Shown here one piece after another: positions 1 through 21,200 of a stretch of DNA of 64,000 bases (its first letter is position 1; the number at the start of each line of letters is the position of its first letter). Made by a program: the position numbers and the translations under genes. The DNA lies in NCBI RefSeq assembly GCF_036971445.1, contig NC_091475.1:3844001-3908000 (forward strand), given 5' to 3'. Below the pieces are notes generated by a model that was given only the letters and a program-made list of their open reading frames with translations, ran no database searches and was not told the origin of the DNA. This DNA comes from Narcine bancroftii. Taxonomy: Eukaryota.

Positions 1-60
1 GTCTTGTCCGTCAACCTAGCACCTAACCCTAACCCTAATGTTTACCTTTGCTTATTAAAT

Positions 61-251
61 TGTGGTAATATGTATATACTGCCCGCCCACTGATGACTCG
101 GTCCCTAGTAACTCCTCCCTTGTGACATGGCCATAAAGGTCACCCTCCCTCCCCCTATCCATTCATTCGAGCACATGGAGTCGGGCCAGCTACAATATAA
201 AGTGTATTAAAGCCTATTTCTCACTCTGTCTTTGGAGTAATTGATGGTGCA
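61..251 (+). mobile_element. Probable short solo LTR
   Basis: TG...CA ends, ATTAAA near the 3' end, blocks of similarity to the reverse complement of 55349-55568; no clear TSD. Confidence 0.45.
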
Positions 252-308
252 GTTCAGAAATCAAACCTGAAATCATTCGATTAAACCATTTTTTTTCTTC
301 AAAATTAA

Positions 309-8533
<8,225 letters not shown>

Positions 8534-9479
8534 AACTTCAGTTCATTCAATGAAGATGTTTTTCACGGTTCTTAATTGAATGATTTTAATAATACAGTAT
8601 TTTTCATTTGTGCCGTGCGAGAGAGCCTGAACTCATTAAATGACTCCTAAACATCACTGAAGATACAGCAGCTAGAAACAGGCATTGTCAGAACAAACCA
8701 AAACTTGGTAGGAAAAAGATGCACAAAATAATGATTAATAATTTGTGAATTGATCCCACTAAGATTTTGTAATGTTAATAATTGAAATAATATAATCAGA
8801 AGAATTTGTTATTAGTCCAAATGTTTTATTAGAGTGCAATATCTATATATTTTATTAAGATTTTCAAAATAATTATTGTAGATATTTCTATATATAATTA
8901 CATTAAAAGAAGACAACGTGTACCAATGTTACACATTGTAGATCAATGAACTGCTTAAGTATTAGAGTTATGGCAAAGTTTTTATTTTGAAATGGTAATC
9001 AGATTTTGGAAAAATGTTTGACAATTATGATTGTAATTGTAACCTGGTACAATGTTCAGAATTTATAAATAATTTCATGCCAAATATTTACATAAATGTT
9101 AAAAATATTTTCTGTCCCTTTCCAGATTTCCTCTCTATTTTAACTTGCACTGGGCATTAACACAGTAATAATCCTATTTTACATGCTTTGCTGCACAAGA
9201 ATAACTGAAGAAAATTCAGTACTTGGGGAAATTTTTGATTTGTCGTTACACCGTGGAAAAGGAAGCACATTTATACATCCCTATATGGTTTCTTAATGGA
9301 CTTCTTTGTATCTTTTTGTACCTTCCTATCAGTTTCCAAGGTTTAATGAACACTTCATGAAAATAAACTCATGGCATGTTAAATAGAGGAGAAGGCAGAA
9401 AAACATGAAGTTAAGTGTTTTGATAGGAAAAAATGAATACTATTTAAATATTGTGAAACTACTGAATGATGTTGTTCAG

Positions 9480-9970
9480 ACAAATCTACAAGTAACACAG
9501 CAAGTTGGTATACAGATGAAGCACGCCATGAGGAAGGCCAATGGAAGTACAAACCTTGTGAAAACATGACTTTGTTGAGACCACACTGGGAGTACCTGTC
9601 CAGTTTTGGTGCTTTTATTTTTTAAAAAAACATAGCTTGGAAACAAGTCAGATAAGATTCATGGATTAATTCTTGAGACAAAATAGCCTCTGATAAGAAG
9701 ATATTTGTTGTTTCATATCCATGAAAGTTAAAAAAGTGAGAGGTGAGCTTATGAAATGTACAATCCCATGGAGACTTAAGCAGGTTTGCTGCCTGTGAAA
9801 ATAATTAATCAGGCTGGTGGAATCTAAATCTGGGGGGGATATAGTCTCAGGATACACAGATGCCTATTTAAGGCAAGACTGAAGCAAGAGGGAACTTCAG
9901 TCCTCATAATATTGGTAATCTTTGGAGTGCTCTGCCTCCGAGAGGTGTGGAGGTGATCGTTAAATATATT
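9480..9970 (+). mobile_element. Highly degenerate CR1 fragment
   Basis: 'gagaccacactgggagtacctgtccagttttgg' corresponds to the CR1 [11 protein letters not shown] motif. Confidence 0.55.
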
Positions 9971-11019
9971 CAGCTGTGGTGGAACATGCAATTTCTATGC
10001 AGACTCTTAAAGACCAAAGTTGTTGAGCTTGCCTTGGGTACAATGAGTCTTGATGCATATCTGTGCATCAAGAATCATTGTTTGCTCTATAAAGTGCACC
10101 GTTTGACCTACTGAGTTTCTCCAGTGTTGTGTTTTTACTTCAATCACTGTCTGCAGACTTTAGTGTTTTACTCCTGTGGTCAGAAATGTTTGCTCTATTA
10201 ATACAAGACGTGTACAGGATGGTATAATGTTTTAATTTATATTACTTTGTCCAGTTACCAAAGTTGACCAGTGGAATTCTCTGTCCAACAAAACAGCAGA
10301 GGATGGCTCTTAAATAGAATTAAGACACGGTTAAATTTTTGCAAAGCAGGGAAATCGAGGGTTATATGGAAAAAGTACGTGTGAGGGACGGAGGTCAGCC
10401 ATGGTCTTGTTAAATGGATCAGTCTCAATGGTCAAATGGCCTGCTTTTGCAATTCTTTCCTGTGTTCCAATGTCTTCAACCTTTTAAAACTAGATTAGGT
10501 TATATCTCTGCATTATTACTTTTGCTAGTTTTTAAAAACCGTACAGAGGAGTAAACCAAAAACTGATGGTCAATTTTTCACCAACCTGTTTGTGTCCTGT
10601 GATTCTGAAACCCATCAGGTCAGGATTATCATGTTTATTGCCCATAATCTGTGGCTGTCTCAGCTCATGCTGCTTCTATCACTGGGCTTTATGTTGCCTT
10701 CCGTTGTTTTTAGTGTATTTCTTTACAAAAGGTGGGAATTTTGGTGTGAACATCGACATAAAATGGGCACGATGGTGCACTTTTAAAAAAAATGAAAAGC
10801 CACAACTTGGAAAATGGGATGAAAGTTGAATTTGGGTTGAAATGAGTATTCTCTGAGGGATTTTGATAGGTATGAGAATATCTTTCATGGAAGAGTAGAA
10901 ATAACCCGTTTACTTTGGATCAACTTTTTCTGGAGCTCATGCGCCAAGATGTGGGATATGGACATGAGAAAAACTGCAGCAAGTTGCTATGGGAGAGAAA
11001 GGAAACGCGTTTGGTTGGT

Positions 11020-12200
11020 GGCATATCATGTATTTCGCGACCAGACCCGTGAGCCTCACTTGGGTCAAAGCCATCGAGGGGCAAGGACAGGCGTGTTGGG
11101 TTGGGGTTGGGGGGGGGGGGGGGGGAAACCAGTAGAAAAGGAAGGACGGACGCTGGGCTCGCCCCTAACCGGCTACTTCAGCAACTCTTGGGGAGCCAGA
11201 AGTGGGGAGGGCATCTTGCAGCCGGGAAGCGCGGTTTGGCCAGGGTGGGAGAGCCGTCACCCCGCTCCGAGAGCCCCCCGCCAGGAACCAAGGAGGTCGC
11301 CAACGGGAACCTTCCCCAACCCCCTCCCCCGGTGTGATGTGGTCCTCACCATAAGTGTTGTTAACATTAATTTCGAAAGTTAATCCAGATTCCCCCAAAA
11401 ATGAGCATGGAAGTTGCTGATGGTAGCGACGCCCAGACTTTCGAGTCCGACTTGCCCGCGACCGCCCGCCAGAGCGAAGTGAGTAAAGCATTTGATGGGG
11501 GGACTCGTTCCGTCTCTCCAGCCAGGGGGGGGGGGTTCTCACCGTTAAACACGGGCGTGGAGACTGGCCAAGGGCTTTCTATCGATAAATAATCTGTTGG
11601 CTCACATCTCGAGATTTGCTTGGACTTGATTCTTTTATCTTGAGTATTAAGATCCAATGGTTTGCCTTGGCCGGTGCGTCCCATCCAGATGATGGGGCAC
11701 ATCTCAATGCTTTTCACTGAGGAACATCTTTCCGCCCAGTCTCAGGTTTGCAGAAAAGAATCTCCCCACAACAGTTCCCTTTCCTCCCCCTGCCTGTGAC
11801 CTTTGGAGAGAGATGTCCCTGCGGTGGGAAGGGGTCCCGTCAGCGGCTCCGCGGTGGCATGGGGTCGATGCCTTGACCAGAGCTTCTTCCAGGGACCCAG
11901 GAAGCTGCGAAAACTTGCCAACGTGGGTTGGTGGTGTTTGCCTCCACTTTGCGCGAGTGGCAAAATACCAGCGCACGTTGAAGGATCAAAAGTCGCCCAT
12001 TTCATTTCCTTTCTCAGAAGAAATTCTCCCAAGTCATGCAGCATGGAGAGAGAGAGAGAGAGCCGTTTACACGAACGCTGGATTCATCCCATTTCATCGC
12101 ACCACAGAAATCAGGAGGGTCCTGCCTTGATGCTTAAAAGAAAGAATGAATTAAGAATTTCTATTGAAAGTGTTTCCTTTTTCGGGTTCTGTGGTTGAAA
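11020..12200 (+). promoter_or_regulatory. CpG island; putative promoter and first exon region of gene B
   Basis: Abrupt GC/CpG-rich block in AT-rich DNA with no recognisable TE hallmarks. Contains a G-tract (about 11098-11125), a GGGCGTGG box near 11553 and the ATG exon at 11401. Boundaries are approximate. Confidence 0.7.
11401..11478 (+). CDS. Gene B exon 1 (proposed): start of cytoplasmic tail
   Basis: aaaATGagcATGg in the CpG island; [26 protein letters not shown]; donor GAA|gtgagt in phase 0, matching the phase-0 acceptor at 18834. No homology support. Confidence 0.65.
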
Positions 12201-15200
12201 ACTACCTTATGTGGGGTTTGGCATCAGCGAACAAAGTGGAGGCTAGTTGCCAACGGCATGGCAGAGTTTTCCTTAGAGAGAAATGCTTGTTTTCTAGAGC
12301 AACCCATGTCCTATCACCATATCAACATTTTCTATCATTTCATTCTATATTCCCCCCAAGCCATCATGAAACAAATAGAATATATATCTGACATGAAGTC
12401 AGATTCACCAGAAATTCCAACCTGACTTGCATAAATCTGACCACCCAAATTCTCCTATGCATTTTTCAAACTTGTACCAACAATCAAAGTTTGGATTTGA
12501 TTAGAGTACATACATGACCTCAATGACAACCCTAAGATTCTTTTTACTCCACGCAAGGCAGAATTCCTACATATTAGTAAAACAAAAGTTATGTCCTCAA
12601 GAAAAGATATGTATACACTGGTTTAGTAAACGAGAAGGATGTGCAAGCAAACGGTGCAATTCAGAAAATAAATCTTCAATAATAAATAATGTGCCGAGTA
12701 AGAGCTTATAAATGAGTCTGTTGTTGGGGAGTCTGATGGTGGAGGGGGTCGTAACTGGTCCTGAACCTGGTGTTGTGAGTCTTGTGGCACCTCTATCTCT
12801 TTCCTGGCATATGCTAGGTGATGTGGATCCTTAATCATTGCTGCTGCTCTCCAATGGCAGCGTTCCCTGGAGATGTTCTTGATATTTGGGAGGGTTTTGC
12901 CTATGATGTCCTGGGCTGTGTCCACTACTTTCTGCAGGGTTTTCTACATGGGGGTATTGGTGCCCCCGTACCAGGCTGTGATGCAGCTGGCCATCCCACT
13001 TTCCATTGCTCATCTGTAGAAGTTTGCCAAGGTTTTTGATATCTGCAGATTTAATAATAAAATGTTTCACGTTTACTCATAATGACTGAATACAGTATGT
13101 ATTAGTTTAATTATGGACAGTGTTGGATAACTTCAATGAAATGAGAGAATAACAGTAATGGTTCATGGAGTGATATAAAGGTAGCATTAGAAAATGGAAA
13201 ATTCTCTCTCGCGGAGAAAGCAGCTTCGAGACAGGTCCTAGTGTAGAACCTTCATTAAACCCAAGGAGTGACTGTGTGTCAGTTATTTCTGATTCGCTTC
13301 AATTTTTTTTGACAGTTTGTCTTCCAAATTTTTTTATGACTTAGCAGCTAAGCACATTGCTGGAGTTATCAGCTTGGTGACCAGTGATGTGCCTCAGGGA
13401 TCAGTGCTGGGACCATTGTTGTTTGTCATCTATGTCAATGGTCTGGTAAATTGGATCAGAAAGTTTGCAGATGGCACAGATTGGTGCCATTGTGAATAGC
13501 GATGAAGACTTTCAAAGCTTGCAGAGGGATCTGGACCAGCTGGAATAATGGGCTGAGAAATGGTGGATGGAATTTAATGCAGACAAGTGAGAGGTGTTGC
13601 ATTTTGGAAGGACAAAGAAAGAAAGGACGTACAAGGTAAATGGCTGGGCACTGAGGAGTGCAGGAGAACAGAAGGATCTGGGAATACAGATACATAACTC
13701 CCTGAAAGTGGTGTCACAGGTAGATAAGGTTGTAAAGAGAGCTTTTGGCACCTTGGCCTTCATAAATCAAAGTATTGAGTACAGGAGATGGGATGTCATG
13801 ATGAAGTTGTACAAGACATTAGCAAGGCCAAATGCAGAGAATTGTGTATAGTTTTGGTTCCCTACCTTCAGGAAAGATACCAATAAGATAAAAGAGAAAA
13901 TTTACAAGGATGTGGCTGGGACTTGAAGAGCTGAGTTGTATGGAAGGCTTGAATAAGTTAGGACTTCATTCCCTGCAGTATCAGATAATATGGGGTGATG
14001 TGATATAAAATTATGAGGGGTAAATGCAAACTGGGCTTTTCTGCAGAGATTGGTGACACAAGAACTAGAGGACATGGGTTAAGGGTGAAGGTAAAATGTT
14101 TAAGGGGAATGTTAGAGAGAATGTTAAGGAGACTCATACTTCCAGTTAAGAAATAGTTTCTACCATCAGACACATTTAAGGCCTCTGATTTTGGTCATTA
14201 TTTATTACTGAATATTTATTTTTCTGTATTTTCAAAATCAGTTTCTTTACAATTATCGGTAATTAAAAATTCTGCCTGGTCTGCAGGAAAAGGAATCTCA
14301 GGGTTGTATGCGATGACATGTATGTGTACCGACAATAAATTTTAACTTTGAAGTTCATTGAGAGGGTGATGAAGGTTTGGAATGAGCTGCCGGTGGAGGT
14401 GGTGAATGCAGGTTCAATTTTCAACATTTAAGTGAGGGCTAGAGTCCATGTGAAAGTTGAAGGGACTAAACCAGTGGTTCTCAAATTTATTTTTTCCACA
14501 CGTACCACCTTAAATAACCCTTACTAACCCCCATGCCACAGGAGCTCTGTGGTTAGTAAGGGATTACTTAATAAATTGAGAATTTATGTACTAATCAGAA
14601 TAAATAATTTGGTCCAGACAAGATGTGCAAAAGGACCTGATTCTGTTCTGTAGTGTTCAATGGTTCTACAGTATTAATTGAAGAATTTAAGACATAGATC
14701 AGTGATCAAGGCATAAGGCTGCATTATTATATATTACAATTTAAAGATGCAATAAACATTGCAATGTCTGCTTCATTACTGGTTCCAAACCCCCCACATC
14801 TGGGTTGTGGATTTCATTGCCACGTACAGCTGTGGAGGCTTAACGGAGAGGTTAAGTCAAGGTTTCAAGAGATTTGGGGAAAAGGGCGGAATATGGAACT
14901 ATATGTAAGAACAGGGTTAGGATTTGGGTAGCAGATTTGATGGGCCAAACGGCTACTTTTCCTCTTTCTTGTGAATTTTTTTGTTGAATATTTTAATTTT
15001 TCCAAGACTAGTATAGTTCATTATTACATACATCATATAAATAGTATTTTAAGATTACTGAGACTCCAAACTCCCACATCTTGTGGCTAAATGGAAAAGC
15101 ATGAGGGGAATAATAAATTTGTTAAAAACAGCCTTGTGCATGTTGGGGTGGGGGAGAGGAGGAACAATTTTTTTCTCGACGGGTATCACAGTGGGGTACA

Positions 15201-18200
15201 GATCATACAACTACTTCCTCTGTCTGTGGGGAGTTTGCACATTCTCTCTGTGACTGCATGGGCTTTCTCTGGGTTCTCTGGTTCTTTCTCACATTTGAAA
15301 GAAATGTGGCTTGGTAAGTTAATTGGCCACTGTTAACTGTCCCAAGTGGGTAGATGAGTGTTAGAATCCGGAGGGAGTTGAGAAGATTGTGGAGAGACTG
15401 GAACTGCTATATGGTAATGCCTGCCACTGGTGCAGACCCGGGAGAGTGGTGAGCGGAGACATCATGTGGCTCCGCAGGGTCCTACTGCGTGGTCGTGTTT
15501 TATGGCTCTGTACAGGCTTTAAAAGGCTGGTTAAAAGAGCTGATTTAAAAAAAAATTCTGAAACCTCAGATTTGCACACAAGATGAGGTGCCTGTGCTAG
15601 GCAGGGTTACTCCAGGGGAGCTGCGGCCCAGCAACAGATATGGGGAGAACAACCCTCCCTTCCCCCAACATTGAGAAAAAAGTATTGGAGCTGACCCTAT
15701 AGGAAGGTGACCATGGCAATGTGGAAACAAAGAGAACAATGAAGACGCAATGAGGAAATGTAAAAGGCAGCAAGCAGTAATACCAATAAAGTACACCATG
15801 CAGTTAACAACCACTTATCTTAAACAAATTGAAGTATCAAGGTTGAATAAATAGGACCCAGATAAGATCACATTTATATTCAAAATCTGTTCCCTTTGTT
15901 TCAAATTGCTGTTTATAAGCCGAGAACTCTATTGCTCAGAACAATGGGCTTTAACAATTCAAAATAATTTGTTTGTTTAAAGTTGACTGATAGGGGAAAT
16001 CATGAGATTGGGAACACTGGTGGTGGCAAACTAGCTTTGCAGAGTGACTGGGGGTAGTCCTTCATCTTAAGAAATCCGATGACGTGTAGGTTAAAATTAT
16101 TCTGTCATTACAGCCTGCAACTGACGTGGACTTTACCCCTCCATTAATCTTCGTCTGCGAAGCCAAGCCAAAGAAAAGAAAGATGATTGTAGTTGCATTG
16201 ACCTTGGTCTCACTTCACTTTCCTGCATGTTTTCCACATCTCTCAAGTTCTCTATAGTCGAAAAAGTTTATCTCAACCTCCTATATTCTCAGTGACTCTG
16301 CTTCTATAACTCTTTGGGGCAGAGAATTCCAAAAATTCATGAGCCTCAATGAGAAGAAATTCCTCCTAATCTGCAATTATGACCCTCATGCTAAATTTTC
16401 CAAAATTCCCCTCAGCTTCCATCGACTCCATAGGCACCTCTCAAGTTTCTAAATTCTAATGAATCTAGGCCCAACTTGTTGAACCTTTCATCACCATGCA
16501 GGCCATTCATCCCAGGGAGAAATTCTATCTGAGCTGCCTTCAATGCAAGTATATCCCTCCTGAAGGAAGAAGATCAAAATTGTACATAATTGTCTAGGTG
16601 TGGTCTTCCCAAAGTGTTGTACATGAACAAGAGTAGGCCATTCAGCCCCTGCCTCCACCACCTAGTTCCATCTGATCACCGTTTCCTCCCTTACCTGGTT
16701 CCAATTGCCTATTATTGCCCCTGCCCCACCCTGATACAGGATCTCAACCCAAAATGTCAACTATCCCTTCACACAAGCTACTCCACCCACTGAGTTCCCC
16801 CAGCAGTTTGATTTCTGACCCAAATGTTCTTGTTACTCCAAGTATTTGGAAGTATACACTGAAACGAACATTAACCTTCATGAATTTGAGCTATGTGCAT
16901 AGATTAAGATTAATGGTTTGGTGTCAATAAAACTCAGTTCAGAGCAATGCCTGTCGTCTGGGTAACCTTTTTCATGCTATTATCTCCTGTTGCCTCTTTC
17001 TGGGAACAGCTTAACTGCTGATATTGGTTGAAAATTTTCTCTTTGAATCTCCGAGGCTCAAGGTAAAACAACTGACGCTTTAAGTAGAGATTTTTTTGTT
17101 CAAGAATGCATGCAACACTTGGAATAAAAACAAAAATGATTGAGCTTTGCTCCTATTTACTGACCTCTTTTCCAAATCCCTTGATGTTTTTGACTGTCAG
17201 GTGTTCTCTACAGAGTGACCATCCAGGTTTGATCTCCATCCCTGGGTGCTTTCCTGGGTCAGGTGAAGAAAAAACTTTATTTTTACAGAAAGGGAGGACA
17301 ATTTTAAAGCAACATGGGGGTCAGAGAAGGTTCCACACAGTGCAGGTGATGATATGGAAAGAGCTTCTGAGAAATTGTACTGCAGATAATACCTTAGATT
17401 ACAATATGTCTCCCTGTGAGGTCATCCAATCTCATTCTATTCAACACAGCAGTTCCAGAGGTGATAGATAGATGGTCTGAATCCTGATGGATGTCTTGCT
17501 CCAGGTCCCTAACAGACTATTCTGTCTGGAATTTGCTGCTTCAATTAGTAAAACCATGAACTTATTCAAACATCTGATAGATGGAGGAGCAGGAAGTGTT
17601 GCAGAAACTGAAAGGTTGCAGGGAGATGTCGACAGGTTAGGAGAGTGGGCAAAGAAATGGCAGATGAGATACATTGAGAAATGTACGGTTGTACATTTTG
17701 GAAGAGGAAATAAATGGGCAGATTATTATTTGGATGGGGAGAAAATTCAAAATTCAGAAGTTCAAAGGGACTTGGGGGTCCTCATGCAGGATAACCTCAA
17801 GGTTAACCACCAGGTTGGATCGGCAGGAAGGAAAGCAAATGCTATGTTGGAATTAATTTCAAGAGAAATAGTGTTTAAGAGTAAAGAGGTGTTGATGAGG
17901 CTCTACAGGACACTGATGAGATCTCATTTTGAGTTCTATATGCAGTTTTGGCCCCTTATCGTAGAAGGGATGTACTGATATTGTAGAGAGTACAGAGAAG
18001 ATTTACCAGGATGGTTCCTGGCATGGATGGGCTACATATGAGGAAAGTTTAGCAGGTCTTGGACTGTATTCATTGGAGTATAGAAGAATGGGAGAGGGTC
18101 TCATAGAGACATTTTGAATGTTGAAAGGATTGGACCGAGTAGATGTGAACAAGATGTTTCCCTTGGTGGACGAGTCCAGGACAAGAGGGCACAGTCTTAG

Positions 18201-21200
18201 AATTAGAAGGTACCCAATTAAAACAGAGATGAGGAGAAATTTCTTGAGCCGGAGGGTTGTGGATTTGTGAAATTCGTTGCCACTTTCAGCTGTGGAGGCC
18301 CAATCATTGGGGGAGTTTAAGGGGGAGATTGATAGGCATCTAATTAGTCAGGATATCAAGGGATATTGGGAAAAGGCCAGAAGTTGGAACTAGATGGGGA
18401 AATAGTTTAGATCAGGGTGGATTTGGGGATAAAACTCGTGATCTGGTGAAAACTTCTCCCAACAACATCCTCACTGCTTTGCTTTCAAGTATTATGGTTC
18501 TTGCTCTGGATGAACAAAAATTATTTAAACACTCTGCTTTTATTAAATTTTTGAGCAGAGTTTAAAAAAAATCATATTATAGATCATTAAGGATTCTGTA
18601 AAAGAAGTGGTTAATGTGGCACTGAAGAGAAAATCAGCGTAATTGTGTTATCTTGCATGTTGATCCTATCAAGGGCTCTCATAATTGAATATTAACATTT
18701 ATTTTTATTATCTATGTACTGTACCTTTAACAATTGAACTACTCTTAGTTATATTCTGGCAAAAATAAATCATTTTGTTAAAAAGTCAGTGCTGTGCCAG
18801 TTGAATGATAATAATTTGTACAATCATTTACAGACAAATCCTGTCACTTTGAGTACACCAAACAGTCCAATGAAGCAGCATTTTCAAATGCAATACCCAA
18901 CATTGTGCCATGGAGCTTTGGATTCAGAAATCGCAACACACACAGTGAAGCCCAATAGGCATCCAGGAACTGGCCTGGGGGAAGTATACATTAAGAAGAA
19001 GTGCTGTCTGTCAAAAAGGATCTTGATAGTTCTTTTATTTCTGGTCCTATCTGGAGGAAGTGCTGCCATTTTGTGGTACTTTTTTTGTAAGTAAAACAAA
19101 AATTCTAATGTTGAAATTTCAATCATGGGGTTTTGGTTGAACTAACAAATATTTAGTCTGGAATGGGTTTTACAATCAAAAAGTAAATAGGTGATTTAAC
19201 AGATATTAAATATTGTTGGGGGTATCCCTGTATGGACCAGACCTTGATTAAATGCTTCCATTCACATACTGGATAAACTTGTTGATCAATCAGAGAAATG
19301 TCTTTCAATTTAATACCCATTTTCTTTTCTCTTTATTTGCCATTTAGATTGGTTTCACCTGTAAGTTTCTTTAAGGTTCATGCATAGTATTTGAAATGAT
19401 AGCAATGTAACATCTTCCATTGCTTAATATTTACTCAAGCTATGATACTTTTTGTTAATTAAAATTGTTCCTGGATTTACAAATTGTATTTTAATGCATA
19501 TCGGACTTGTCACATTTTACAACTTTTCTGTAATAACTTTCAGCTCACAGGAAATGCAAGCTTCAAACTGGCAAGCACGATCTGTACAATTTCCATTTCA
19601 AGTTGACTGTCAATCAACTTGTTCAATATGAATAACCAGGGTTCATCGTCTTTTAAGAATTTAAAAGATCAACAAAATTTGATAAGTTTTCTACTAGAAT
19701 GATGTTTATCCCTCGGTTGTGGGATATCTTTCCTACACTCCTCCTGTCCCAATACAGTCTTGACGAGAATAGAATGGGCTTTCAATGCGTAATATTCTTT
19801 CTGTCATTTCTCAGAGGAAGACTGGAGATGGAATGAGTTGTTGGTTTTCTAATTAATGTCACCAAGAAATGTGATGATCCAGAGAAACCTGTGTATTAAC
19901 AATGCACAGGAAACAGTGCCCAGCAGCTTGCTGGTCCTACTCCATCTTATCACAGCTGTGCAGGTTGCTTGGCAAATGGTCAGTCAGCAGAATTGTTTTA
20001 AAGGAACTTCAATGATCAAGTTTTTTTGGTAGGAAGGACATTATCTTTGGAAATTTCAGGGGACCAAAGGATTTCTTTATCTTGGAAGAATGCTGCTTTG
20101 GGCCCCCATTGTGAATACCCTTGACTATTGTTTTGCACCATGTACAGCGCTATCCAGTAGCGTGGAATGCATGTTTGGATGCCACTTCCAGGAAATCGAA
20201 CGGGATTTCCCTGGCCACAGACCACACAGGTCTTTATGAGGAATGAGGTCTCACTGGGCAAATCTTAACCAGGACCTACCAGAATAGGACTACAGCAGTA
20301 GAGTCTCATTCTTGCTGCTGGGTTCCCTTGGGGCTTGCCTTGGGACTTGCCCTTGATCACTCACAACCTGAGCTGCATCTTCCTCCCTAACCACCACCCA
20401 ATCCTGACCTCCCAACCATTGATCAGAGCAATGAGGTGAGACCATCAGATTAAGCTGCACAATGACTGCAGTTTTATCCAATTCCTCCTCCCCAAATTCT
20501 CAAAACTTGTCAGCAAACTGTCTAAGGAGAGAAAAAAAAAACTTTTTAAATTGTATCAAGCCACTTGCGATGTTGTTGAATGGTGCCCAAGGAATGAGTT
20601 TCCCTCAATGTAATGCTTAAGACAGGAATCAGTTAGACAGTAAATACCTCTGCTTTCATACTTCCAATGCAAAATTCCTTCCACCTTAAACGTATAATGA
20701 TGCACAGAAGGAACACTTGTGTCCTTCAAACAATTAAAACACAAATACTAAGTGGCCAATGGGACCTTTTTCTGTTTTCTCCAGCTCAGATAGTTCTTAA
20801 GAGAAAGATGGGGATCAACGTTGACCCCACCTGAAATTAGTGAATGGAACAAAGGGTCTGGATGGAGAATACACCCAAAATTATAACAAAAATGTACTAT
20901 GGTCTCCAGAGCAAAAATGCAAAACCAGGAGTACAGAGATGAAGAGAAAGATGGGAGTCAGACTTGGGTTTAGTGATTTCAGAAAGAAGCTGGTCAGATT
21001 GGTGTAAGGACAGCACAACATCAATTATAAACGCAAGATATGGTTTGGTTCAGTATTTTTTTAAACCAATTATATCTTACCCCATATAAATTACATAGAT
21101 CAAAAGCAGAAATACCAGAGATGTGTTTGAGATGTGGGACTGAGACAGGAACATTTTTACATGCTGCGTGGTCATGTGTGAAGGTGAGGCCATTTTGGCA

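Noticed and set aside
21-38. Telomere-like (CCCTAA) x3
   Set aside because: Too short to call an interstitial telomere; such runs occur by chance or in TE ends.
8630-9370. Poly(A) signals for gene A (ATTAAA near 8635 and 8902, AATAAA 9362-9367)
   Set aside because: Several candidates in AT-rich DNA; cannot choose without transcript data.
10949-12198. Many overlapping 100-144 aa ORFs
   Set aside because: Expected from stop-codon scarcity in a CpG island; no recognisable domains.
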